Shown here: positions 1 through 10,947 of the stretch, in pieces
Layout of the letters: every line of letters begins with the position of its first letter
How positions within the stretch are numbered: the first letter of the stretch is position 1
Assembly (NCBI GenBank): GCA_004764695.1
Contig: SMSO01000032.1
Location: 2,294,001-2,358,000, forward strand
DNA: 64,000 bases
Direction: 5' to 3'
Source of the DNA: Schizochytrium sp. TIO01
Lineage: Eukaryota > Protista > Bigyra: Labyrinthulomycetes
Program-made: the position numbers and the translations under genes
Notes under the pieces: generated by a model
Databases searched by the model: none
Told to the model about the DNA's origin: nothing
What the model saw: only the letters and a program-made list of their open reading frames with translations

Positions 1-476
1 TCAACCTGTTTAGCCAATTCACGCGTAGGCAACAATGTGAAAACACTTGGGCTGTTATGACGCGTAGACCTGCGCTCCTTCGACTTTTTGGCCCGAGTCT
101 GTTTCTCAAGAACATGTGCAAGGCCTGGGAGGAGGTATGCAATTGACTTTCCAGATCCCGTAGGCGCAATTCCAAGCACATCATGGCCCTCTAGCACTGC
201 AGGCCATGTGACACTCTGAATGGCTGTTGGTGTGGTTAAAGTCCCTCGACTATTACGAAAACATTCAGCAAAACATGAAGGAAGCCGAGAATCTTCAATC
301 GTGCTTGCTGCCTCTGGAAGATTGAGCTCGGCAGCAACTTCTTCATTGGTCTTGAGATTGTCAGAGGCACCCGCCTCCTCTTGAGAGCCTGTGGCACCCT
401 CAGCATTCTTGGCTGCACGCTTGGCCTGTTCACGCCGGCGCTTACGGCCTTGCGATTTTTTCTTTGGGTCTTCCAT
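1..476 (-). CDS. DEAD-box RNA helicase, 5' part only (continues beyond the left edge of the window)
   Basis: Hand translation from ATG 476, which has an in-frame TGA upstream, gives MEDPKKKSQGRKRRRE...TPTAIQ (Q motif)...IAPTGSGKS (motif I)...PTRELAKQ (motif Ia). It is absent from the ORF track because no stop codon falls inside the window. Confidence 0.93.
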   Translation of the reverse strand, partial: MEDPKKKSQGRKRRREQAKRAAKNAEGATGSQEEAGASDNLKTNEEVAAELNLPEAASTIEDSRLPSCFAECFRNSRGTLTTPTAIQSVTWPAVLEGHDVLGIAPTGSGKSIAYLLPGLAHVLEKQTRAKKSKERRSTRHNSPSVFTLLPTRELAKQV

Positions 477-821
477 TCTCCCGAATGCAAGTTCCGATGC
501 CCTTGCTCACAACAATACGGCAAGTCTCTCGCACGCAAGCCTTGAACACCTGACTGGGAACTGCTGCAATTAGTAGCAGCCACCCAAGGCGAATACTCAA
601 TGGACAATGCGTTTTCCAAAATTTTGGGTTGTGCAAGATGAAAGTAAGACTCTAAGGACTCCTATAGTAGATAATAATTAATCTTCTTTCCATTCCGGAT
701 TCTATGCTTTCTTTAAGCAAAATGGAGACCTATTCTTTATTGCAAATTAGGTTGTTCTAAATTATTTCAAGGTGCAAGGCAGGCTCGACAACTTTGAGCA
801 GAGTGATTCACCCATTGATGA

Positions 822-2651
822 TTAGTTTTCTGGTCTAAAGTCGGAACGTTTTGAAGTAGTAGGGGACAACTCTGGATTGCTGGTACGGCGACCTGGTGAG
901 CTGTTTGTCGAATGACGTTGGGAAATGCGGCGACTTAAACGATGCAGTAGTGAGCGTCTTTGAGATGTTTCATCATGTGGCTCAATCCAGCTTGTGGCAT
1001 TGTCTGCGTACGCATAAGCGTCTTCTTTGGTCCATACATACTCAAGAGCTGACTGAATTGTGTCCCGTAAACCTCGTCGAATCCTTCTTTTCATTGTATT
1101 ATTTGCTTCATCAGATTCCTCACCCTCATCGTTTTGATTCATAAAGAAATCTTGATTCTCATCTTCTTCGATCTTTTCCTGGTTCCAAGCTACAGAAGGA
1201 CTTTTGTGATTTTGTGTAAGACTCGAGCGAACTTTGAAATGGGGCCTGTTTTCGCTGAGATTATGAGTATGGACATTTTCTGCACTTTGTAATTTGAATG
1301 GGTTCTTTCCATATATGTCCACAGTGTCTTGAGCGTTATCCTCAATGTGTACTGATTCTGAAGAATCATTATATGACTTCAGACATGAGCCATGTTTACT
1401 CCTCACACTAGCCAAATAAACTTCAAGACGTTCACGAATGTCCTCATAAATCTCAGGCTGCTCCAGGATCCGATTCTGCCACTGGCTTCCTTCAAATTGA
1501 TCAAATGCTTTAGTAAGGTTGCTCACAAACTCCAATGGTACAGCACCTTTGCTAACCAGGTTAAGGACTGCCGGAGGCACAAACGAAAGCTTGAGATCAA
1601 TAAATTGAATATTTGCAAAATAACAGCTTCCATCTTCAAGAATTTGAATGTAGTATGCTGCACGGATGTCAAAGCGGGTGTATCCAGGCGTTAAGTCAGG
1701 AACAGTAAATCCATCTTGCGTAAAGTCCTTCGGAAGAGTTCTTACCCCAATACAAATGGCAGACCGTTCTTGAGTTATGTCATAGCCTTTGCCTTCAATA
1801 ATGACTTCACGTTTAGAGATGGGTAAGAATAATGGCGGTTGAATACGTATACGTGTGAATCTAGAGAACTTAGTCTCTGCTTTAAGAACTTCGTTTGACT
1901 TCATGAGCCCTCGTGGGAAATAATTTGGCATTAAATCAACTTCAGCGAAAAGACTCACAAGAGCAAGAAACGTATATGTTGCTGGCTTGCCGGGTACAGC
2001 TGAGAAAGTCTTAGAAGATTTGGTTACAAGGAAAGGTGATCCTTCTTCTTTCTTGAAGAACACTGCGACACCATCCTTCTCCAGAGACTTTGTCCATCCT
2101 TCCAAGCTATCGATCTCTGCTAACAGGTTTTCTAGCTCTCTTGCTTCGCGTAAGACTCTATGGATCGCTTTCTTACGTCTGTTGTATGCTTCTTGGGTTT
2201 CTACGCTTGACTCTGCAAGTTCTTCAGCCCTTTTCGCAAGGCGCTGTGCCTCGTATGGTTTATCTAAGGCAACAGCCTCATCAAATGCCTCGAAGACCTC
2301 CATCTCTAAACTCTGCTTACAGACCTCACAAGTTTCTGCGCCTGCTCCATTTGACGCGATTACTTTTTGGTGACTGTCTAGCTCCTTTGAGGTCTTCGTT
2401 ATTGAAGTATCCTCCACTACGGCACGTGCAGGAGAGGTATCTCGAGACCTAAACTTGCATCTTGAACACGCAAAGTGCGGGACCAAATGTCTCCTCCTAT
2501 GCTGCAGGCGTAGAGCAGGCGGCATACGACCTTTTGAACCAAGCAATGGTGTATTGCATTCCAACTCTGGCACTCCTCTAGTAGAGCTTTGTTTGCGAGC
2601 GCGGGATTTTAAAGCCTCGTGAGGTTTGACACAGAGGAACCTATAGTACAT
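822..2651 (-). CDS. START/SRPBCC (Bet v1-like) lipid-binding domain protein with a disordered C-tail; true start possibly ATG 2525
   Basis: 609-aa ORF. The central region GWTKSLEKDGVAVFFK...LFAEVDLMPNYFP...PISKREVII...VPDLTPGYTRFDI...IDLKLSFVPPAVLN follows the START-domain pattern. Confidence 0.75.
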   Translation of the reverse strand: MYYRFLCVKPHEALKSRARKQSSTRGVPELECNTPLLGSKGRMPPALRLQHRRRHLVPHFACSRCKFRSRDTSPARAVVEDTSITKTSKELDSHQKVIASNGAGAETCEVCKQSLEMEVFEAFDEAVALDKPYEAQRLAKRAEELAESSVETQEAYNRRKKAIHRVLREARELENLLAEIDSLEGWTKSLEKDGVAVFFKKEEGSPFLVTKSSKTFSAVPGKPATYTFLALVSLFAEVDLMPNYFPRGLMKSNEVLKAETKFSRFTRIRIQPPLFLPISKREVIIEGKGYDITQERSAICIGVRTLPKDFTQDGFTVPDLTPGYTRFDIRAAYYIQILEDGSCYFANIQFIDLKLSFVPPAVLNLVSKGAVPLEFVSNLTKAFDQFEGSQWQNRILEQPEIYEDIRERLEVYLASVRSKHGSCLKSYNDSSESVHIEDNAQDTVDIYGKNPFKLQSAENVHTHNLSENRPHFKVRSSLTQNHKSPSVAWNQEKIEEDENQDFFMNQNDEGEESDEANNTMKRRIRRGLRDTIQSALEYVWTKEDAYAYADNATSWIEPHDETSQRRSLLHRLSRRISQRHSTNSSPGRRTSNPELSPTTSKRSDFRPEN

Positions 2652-3361
2652 ACCTAAAGTAAACTAGGACATAGAATTCCTAAGGTTTTTAGTAACTTAA
2701 GCCAGGACAGCTTTAAGTTGAACACCATAACAGTGAGTGATGGGCACACTCAACTTCAAGAGCTATGCTTATGATGGTATGTTGTGCAGCGATGCTGGTA
2801 TAGGGTTAAGGCAGCGCGGAATCCAATACATCATGGTATACTTTGTTCGTACACTGATTTCTCACAAGTATTGGACTTAATAGACAGAAATTTACAGGAA
2901 ATTTTATTATATCAAGCAAATTGAACAGTGATCCAAGCGATGTTTGTACAGGAGTATATTCTACGATGGAGTCCTACACAACCTTTAACCTAAACCTGCA
3001 TCCGCATTAAACTTGAAAACGGTATTTGAAGAAACTAGAATTGCTCATCAAGAGTAAAATACAGACTATATAGAGGATTCCAAACAAGTAAGAGCAAATG
3101 ATGAATGAAGATACTAGTAATACTCACGTCCAATCTACATGAATGAAATCGAAAGATTTGTATATCGTCTTAGCGGCTCTTTTATATTTATTGTTCCATT
3201 TGTCCTATCCACGATTATGCAATCTCGCTTTGGGACATCAACCATCTCCCAATATCATCTTTTGCAAGGCAAATCTTTTAGCTACAAACACGTTTCTGAG
3301 ACATTGAAGTGACCTTTACGGAAGGGGCCAATGCTGATGCGTATGTTTCGGTTTTTGCAAA

Positions 3362-3764
3362 TGCCCAGAACTGCGCCAACGCGGACGCGAACTCACACAC
3401 ACACAGACAGAGAGAGAGAGAGAGATTATGCAAACCATTAAATAAAGACGCCAGACTTAGAATGAAGCTTGCTTCAATAGCAAAATAGGCCGATGTATAT
3501 GTCTATGAGTATTGTTGAAAAGAAGAATATGATTGTACTCTCCCAGTTTGAGGAGGATGATACATTATTATTAGCCCTGCCCAGAACTGCGCTAATGCGG
3601 ACGCGAAGTGAGAGAGATTATACAAACCATTAAATAAAGACGCCAGACTTAGAATGAAGCTGGCTTCAATAGTAAAACAGACCGATGAATATGTCTGTGC
3701 GTATTGCTGATAAGAAAAATATGATTGTACTTTCCCAGCTTGAGGAGGATGGTACATTATGATT
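3362..3764. repeat. Imperfect tandem duplication of about 200 bp (copies ~3362-3572 and ~3578-3764)
   Basis: Both copies begin TGCCCAGAACTGCGC, share CAAACCATTAAATAAAGACGCCAGACTTAGAATGAAGCT and end near TGAGGAGGATG..TACATTAT. Copy 1 carries an expanded (CA)/(GA) microsatellite. Confidence 0.92.
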
Positions 3765-4727
3765 GGTCCATTCATACATTAAATCAATGAGTAAGAACAT
3801 CATTTTTACAGTTTTGATATATTCTATGCAACCTTTAATAGTGAACATTGCAGTGCAATCTTGATGATCTACTATCTTCTCGCCCTGGATGTTATGCTTT
3901 AGTTTGAATTTTATCCATACTTTATCTTCATGGTATTCATTGTTCACGTTATAAAAGCAATGCATGGACTTTTAGCTGTTCAAGGGCTAGGTCAATTTTG
4001 CATAAATGGTGGGAAGGGACATAAATCGTTTTATGATCAGACTTCGCATAGCTACGTCACCCTGCGAGAAAGAGGCATCCCAAAGCACAGGAATAGGAGG
4101 AGTTCGGCGTGCAAGATTGTTCATATGTCGGGTTCCAACTGAGACTGGCAAACACTTTCTAGCTCGCGTTGCTCACTAGAACTTTTGGATTAGAAATGTA
4201 AGCTTGGAGGGGTACACAGTAAGTTAATAATTGTATAAGTGTTTCTTTTATATATACTACTAGTTGTTCGGAGTATCGGATTTATATACCAAAGATCTCC
4301 CTGTGTTACCCATAATAGTAAAGTGCGTCCCTGTGCGAGCCAGCGTCTACACAGGTTTCGGATAAATATGTAAAATAGTTAACATGCATCTCGGATTAAT
4401 ACAAAACGTCTAGAATACCCAAGTGGGTACGCTGGCTTCCAGAGAGAGATTAAATTGCCGCGATTTTAGGAGCCGTCAGAAAGCGCCCAAATCAGGAGTC
4501 GTTGCGAAAAAAAAAGGGGCATTGAGGATTCACACTATGCTCCATAGTATCACTACGGCACTGATGCATGTATCGAAAAGGTGAGGAAAATGAACAGTAG
4601 GAATAATGGTAGATAAAGTCTATTGAATTCTATGAAGGTCGAGTTTTCTCGCTCTCTTGAGAAGGCAGTGGAGTGCCTAAAATGGCTACAAGTGAAATAA
4701 AATAAAATACTTTATAATGTCTGCATG

Positions 4728-7700
4728 TAGGATATTTTGTATAGCCTAGTTTAAGAGGGGAGACACAAGTGGACAATAGAGTTGCGAGGAAAAGAGCAGA
4801 AATTTGGGAGCAGATTAGTGAACTTGAGATAGATAACAGTGAAAGCGTAGTTTGACTCAAACTGAGGCGCATCAGACCCGAAACTGCGACCACCAAAAAC
4901 GCACTTCTAAAACAGCATAACCACGTTAGGTTGCCTGACTACATCCTGTTAGTAGCCAAGGTACAACTAGCGATTTTACTACCTCCTCACTAATCTTTCT
5001 TCTTGAAGGACTCGTGCCTTCTTGTAAACCGGTCTAACTGCATCTGATAGGCTAGGGAACCTATTATAGGCTTGCTGCCTAGGTTGCTTCTGAAGTCACG
5101 CGCATCCTGGCAGGCAAGCAAGAGATTAACACTGGGCGGCTTTCGCAGCCATCGTAGCTTGATCAGTCAGAGATTTTTTTGCTAATCAAAAAGTTCTGTC
5201 GTTGTTTTCAACTGGTTCCAAGTAGGACCGCAGGATAAGGGTAGTGTCTGGCGAGGATAAGCAATATTGGAAGAAAGCTAGGAATTGTCTACCCATACGT
5301 AAAGGTTTTTTAAGCTTTGGGGACGCCGATCTTCTTGTTTTTTGAGATTGGCTTTGTAGTGTCACTTTCACAAGATACCCTCCGAAAGCTTGAGTGATAA
5401 TTTCCAGAGACAATACAAGACTTTCATTGGACCCAATTTGATTGAGCATTCCTTGCTTCTGGCCAAAGTGAAGTTGAACTTCAAAAGTTTGGAAAATAAC
5501 AAGTGTCCAAGAGAAGTTCTAGGTGCGAAAAAGTAGCGGACCGAATCACCAAAGCACTTGAATAAGATTCCAGCTTGAGGCCAAGGCCCGGCAGACAAGC
5601 ACACAAACTCGCCTTCAGGATATTGCACCAAGATATCAGCGCTACAACCACGTTGTGTTGCATTCAATTTCCCTGTAACACAATTTGAGAAGCAACCGTG
5701 GCCATCGAATATCGTATCGACCTACCGGTACCCAATCGGCAACAACATTGGTTCTTCCTACGATCCTATCCGTCCTATTCTAGGGTATTAGCTACTTTGC
5801 ACGCACCAGAAACTGGAATTGTTCTTCTTGGATCTACTATTTCAGCAAGCAAAGCAGCCATCCAAGGTTCAACGTTCTGCAATTACCCACGCATCTTAAC
5901 TTCTCCATTTACCCAAGGTACAGGACTTTGATTTTAAGTGGTAGAAGTGCTTCAATTTGTCATCCCGCGAGCCAGCTGCAGAAAAAGTTAATCAAGGAAA
6001 CGACTGACTGCCCAGTGCCTTCACATTCTAGCCATTTCGAGGTAGTGATAGCAGTAGGTGCTGCTACGAATATCAAGCGTGTCTATTCCATCCAACCCTG
6101 GCAAAGCAACTTGCGAGATAATTCACAGGCCTCAACAGCTACCTAAAGCGGGAACCAGTGCCAGCGCTGCGCCAGCGCCAGCACCACCAGCTTAACAAGT
6201 CTTCAAGATCACCAATAAACCAGCAACAGCCCAAGCGCATCGAACACAAGTCTCGTCTCAAGTGAAGTACCCTTTTGGAGCAAGTCAGTGCCCTATTTTC
6301 TTCGTTTTCTCCTTTCTGTCACTTCCTGTGATCGTTCTGAGGGGAATCAGCACCTAGGCTAGCTAGCTGGCTAGCTATACCTCGCTACCTTTATAGAATA
6401 GCTGTTCTCAGTTCACAGAACCCATACGTAACCCAAATAGATCGTTCCGAGATTGGTCGGTGTGGAAAAGGACGCTCGTTGGAGTCTCCTGGTTGATTTG
6501 GTTGATTCGCGTCACCACTTTGGCATCCACTCCTCGAGGCGCAACCAGAGTCCTTGGAGAATAACCTGAAGCTTCTGGAGCCTGAGTAGAGGCCTTCTGC
6601 ATAAGCGTCGCGCTGCTTTGCGACCCCGCGGTCTCCTGAGAAGCGGAGTTCAAATCAATTAACCAACCTACACCGCGCCGTTCCCAGATCCAAGTGCTAT
6701 AGTAGTTTTCGGTAAAGGAGCCTTAGTCAGCCCCATCGCTTCTTGAGTTTCGAAGTTTCGCGTCGCGACGACCGCAGGCAGCCCAGCGATTCGTTGGAGC
6801 CAGGAAGCTCCCGTCGAGAAAGCGTGCGCATCGGTGCTCTTGAAGGCACGCCAACCAGCCAGCTAGCCAGCCAGCCTGCCTGCCTGCCGGCCTGGCCTGA
6901 GTCGAGCTCCAGCTTGCTTCAGCTCGAGCGGTCTGCAGGTTTTGGGAAAGAGCAAATCTGAAAATTGGGAATTTGAATTTCGAAATTTCGAAATTCGACA
7001 GTTTTGGCGTTCCTTCTCCTTCTTCTCCTCCTTTTCTTTTCCAGTTTTTTGAATTTCTGGAATCCGCGAGAGTGAGTGAGTTTTGAATTGCGAGTTTTGA
7101 ATTGCGAGTTTTGAATTGCGAGTTTTGAATTCGCCATTCAAATTTGCAAAGAAAGCTCAAGCCCAATTCAAATTCTGAGTTTCCAGGTCTGACTTCGGTC
7201 GATCAGAACTCGTTCGAGGAGGCCCACGGACCGACCTCGCGAGAGCAGAGCAGAGCAGAGCAGGCGAGGCAAGAGGTCCGCCCGCCCGCCCTTGCAGCGC
7301 CGCCCTTTGCTGGGGATCCGGGCCAGCTTCAAGTTGAGCACGTAGGCAGAAGAAGAAGAAGAAGAAGAAGAAGAAGAGGAAAGCTCCGTCGTTGACACGG
7401 ACCCGTAAACCTGCTTGAAGCTGCGACGACTACAGCGTCGCACTCGCTTGCTGCAGGCGATCCGGAGTGGCCAAGCGGGAGGGAGGGGCCAGAGGCAGAC
7501 GGGGAATCGCCGCGCCAGACCTGCCTGCACCTTAGCCTCGAAGAACGGAGAGAGCGAGAGTTGACCGGCGTTGACCCCTGATTCCAACTCGTTGTTGGCC
7601 ATCGACGTCGTCTTCGTTGTCCACAGACGGCTACTGCATCCAGGCGTGCATCTAGCTGGCCACGAAGCACATCGACACATCGATTCCGACGTGCATTCTA

Positions 7701-7892
7701 TCCGACGGAGCTCGTGTGGTCATCCGAAGGAGTCCGAAGGAGTCGCCAGGAACACCGAGGGCAAGAGGCGTTCGCGCTGCCAACACGAGGAAAGGCGCCG
7801 ACCTAGGATCCAGAGCTTTGTTGACGTATCATCGGCATCGCCGCTGCATTGATTCGAGTGATTTGGGAGCCAAGATAGCCAGAACCAGTCAG
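4728..7892 (+). other. Putative non-coding 5' leader exon 1 (AUG-free) of the Myb-like gene
   Basis: Manual scan finds no plus-strand ATG from 4728 to 7974, while CAT is frequent. The block ends at a perfect donor AG|GTAAGT (7893). Confidence 0.65.
7078..7133 (+). repeat. 14-bp tandem repeat (GAGTTTTGAATTGC) x4
   Basis: Units start at 7078, 7092, 7106 and 7120; the last is slightly variant. Confidence 0.95.
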
Positions 7893-9250
7893 GTAAGTAG
7901 GTAAGCAAGGAGAGCTTGGAGCTTGGAGGGGGAGGGCTTAGGAAGAAGCGAAGAAGCCGTGGAGAAGCGAACAGATGGGCGGCAACCGTGGCTTGGCAGG
8001 CAAGACGGGGCTCGTTAGCGAGCGAATGAGCGAGCGGGTGGGTGGGTGGGTGGGTGGGTGTTTCATGGTGTTTCATCTTGAACGCTAGCGACACGACGAT
8101 GCATCCTTTGCATGGACGTTTACAGGTTAGGCCCGGAATAGTCCGGATCTAAGCATGCAGGGCGATGGACCGAACCCGGTATCGACAGGTGCCTGTGGGA
8201 CTGCGGGGACCCTGCTCAAAGAGACGGAAGCGGAAAGGGGGAACAAAGGGGGACCCGCACAGACAGCTGCGGGAAGATGACCGTGCATTCCAGCTCGCAT
8301 AGTACCAGCCGGACTACCAGCGCGGTTTACTTCCCTCTTAGCCAGTGGAGGGATCTAGGAGGTAGAGAGGAAGAGGTGCTGCGGGAAAGACAGAGGGGAC
8401 CCGCTGAAGAAGTGCCTAAACAATGAGAACAAGTATCTACGCTGGATGGAGGTGGCCCTCTCAGGAGCAGCGCGTTGAGAGGAGAAGAGCCATTTGACAA
8501 GATTAGATGGTAGGCGAATGAATGACAGTTGCGCGAGTTGGCCACCTCGAAACTAGCTCGGTTCGGCCTCGAAACTAGCCCTGTTGTTTTGGTGGAGGGA
8601 AGGGAGATATTGGAGGCAGACGAGGTCATGGCTGAGCCGGCTGAAACAAATGGAAAACCAAGATAAGATTGTGATGGCGAATCTTTGGCGATAGTCTTAG
8701 TACAACTCTGTGTACGCGGTATGTACGTATAGTAGCAACGCCGGTCACAGCCGCTGCGGCGAGATTGCCCAGTGCTGGGTGAAGAAAGAAGCTACCATTA
8801 TGATGGTAGTAGGCACTGATTGTTAAATCATGTCAAGGTGAGGCGACAGGCAAAGAAAGGGCAGGGAGAGTGGGAGGGGCCTGACTAAGAGCAGACGTGG
8901 GACTGTTTTGGGGTTTTGTTTTTGCCAGGTTGTTCATTTGTTTATCTGCAGCTTACGCGAAGTCCATTGTCCTCGATGAGATCAGTTCACACGGAAGGGT
9001 ACCCACACACGCTCGAGTTTAGAGGTGTTCTGAAGCAGGAGACGGGTAGGCAGGAGCGGGGGGTTTCGACCTCGCTGGCTTTGCAAGGAGACAACGAGAA
9101 GTAGTGAAATATAGAGGTGACTTATGTAGTATAGAAAGTGAGGACTCGAAAACAGGGGAACAAGGAGGTGGGGAAAATAGAACAGGAAGCAAAGTAGCAG
9201 CGGCTTGCCGCACCCTTGAGCTGAAAAGAACTATAGACTAACCTAACCAG
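7893..9250 (+). other. Putative 5'-UTR intron (acceptor uncertain: 8951, 9250 or 9328)
   Basis: Donor GTAAGT at 7893 and branch-like GACTAAC at 9237-9243 followed by CAG. The same branch motif occurs in the RPL27A intron and APC10 intron 2. The segment contains about 20 ATGs, unlike its flanks. Confidence 0.6.
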
Positions 9251-10947
9251 CTATCACAAAGGAAGAGGGGATTGACTCAACATATCTGCACACAACAAGC
9301 TTTGCCACGTGCGGACTGATTTGTTCAGCCCGTCTCTGACCTTCAAACAAGGACGCACAGCATAGCCTTGAAACTCCCAAGGTGGAAGAACAAGGGGAAA
9401 TCGAGCTTGTCTTTCACTCTTTTATTTACCTGACTCTTAACCGAGATTAACACTCCTTATCGAAGTACTGGTATTCTCAACATTAGTCGCGGTGCTTTGC
9501 CTGTCAACCTACCCTCTTAGTGTTAATTATATCACATTGGACAGGGCGTGAACTCATACGAAGGTGGAAGATCGAACTATACGTAGCCTACCACTATTAG
9601 TACCTACCTGCTTTGGCGTTTTCTAATCTAAACTCTGAAAAGCAGCCAACATTGGCACTGCATATACCAACGATTATTATACCAACGATTATTGCAGATA
9701 GAGTGCTACAAGTTAACAAGGGACGGAAAATAATTAGTTGATTGTTTTCAAGTACGGTGCTGGGAGAAAGGGAAAGGGCCTGGTGCGCAGTTAGGATAAA
9801 TCATAGCAGTCACACGGGAAAAGGGATCGACTCGTTTATCGCTCTGGTCTCTTGAATAGCTCAGATAGAGCTGGCTGGCAGGCCACAAATCAATAAGACT
9901 AGCTATCTAACTGCAGCTTTCGCTGCAGACACGCCAGCGGGCAGATAGAAGCATCAGAAGATATCGAGTCCTTCTTGTTTGCATTTGTTGGTTCATTCAT
10001 AAAAAGACTCAACCAGTGAGGCAATCAGTTTGCGATCAACTGAATTGGTTATTTGCATAGGCACCCAATTTGAGTAGGACACTAGCAAAGTGTCAAAGGA
10101 GAAAAGGAAATTCCTTCGTTTAGTTTTTGAGTTAATTGAAAGATTTACACAAAGAAAGAAAGAAAGAAAGAAAGAAAGAAGAACGAAATCAGTCAGTCAA
10201 ACAGAAAACTAGAGTAGAAGCTCCCTGTAGCTAGTAGAACATCGTTTGCATTTCTCCAAGGCGGCAGACTCGCACCACCAGCTCGCGAATTGCAATCTAT
10301 TCCATTGACAGGCTCTGACTTGGATAGCGGCCAGCCTCCAGAGCAGTGTACAGGTTGTTCAGGCATATTGGATAGCAGAAGCGGCTGAACATTTAAAAAT
10401 AGGAGGTCGAAAGGTGCGGGTGCCTTGCTCATCTTGGGACTTGCTCTGCTACATAGTCTTGTGAAGGTGCGGGAAAACCAGAAAACTTAGCGATTTCGCG
10501 AGATTGAAGAGACAGATCGCAAACGAATAGTCAACCTATCGGTCATCATCAGGTTGGTCGTGAGCTTGAGGTGGTCTGAGAGCGCAGAGACACACCGCCA
10601 GAGGTGGCAGTCTAAGCAGGTAACGCACAATCAAGCACCAGGAGCAACAAAGCCGCGGCGAGAAGCGGCGTGCTCATCCTGAAGCACAATTTATTAGCAA
10701 CGACAACGCGAAAGTCGGGAATTCGAAGCGCAAACGGCATATCCAGCTTCAAGAACCCGTATCAAGCGGATTAATATCAACCGAAACGAACCAGAGTGGG
10801 CGCGTGACAGCAGGACCAGCAAAATCTGCCGTTATATTACCTAGAATTCGACACAGCACATCGTCCTACTCTGCGTCTTCGTCATCATCATCGTCTTCTT
10901 CTTCTTCTGACACAGCTCCTATCCAAAGAAAGGTTTTCCAACGACCA
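9251..10947 (+). other. Putative 5' leader exon 2 (AUG-free)
   Basis: No plus-strand ATG from 9127 to 10947. The first ATG afterwards (10948) is in frame with the long ORF. Confidence 0.65.

Noticed and set aside
236-636. ORF-track ORFs 236..619, 391..573 and 442..636
   Set aside because: They are shadow frames of the real DEAD-box CDS starting at 476 on the minus strand.
6975-7000. GAA/TTC run as a heat-shock element
   Set aside because: TTC and GAA abut with no 2-nt spacer, so it does not fit nGAAnnTTCnnGAAn.
7078-7133. 14-bp repeats (and the 41-bp pair at 40036) as a CRISPR-like array
   Set aside because: There are no spacers and no cas genes, and the context is eukaryotic.
5186-8629. 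Many short ORFs, including 7168..7680 and 6723..7166
   Set aside because: They are low-complexity or repeat-derived with no recognisable domains. Plus-strand ones lack ATG starts and are better explained as leader sequence.
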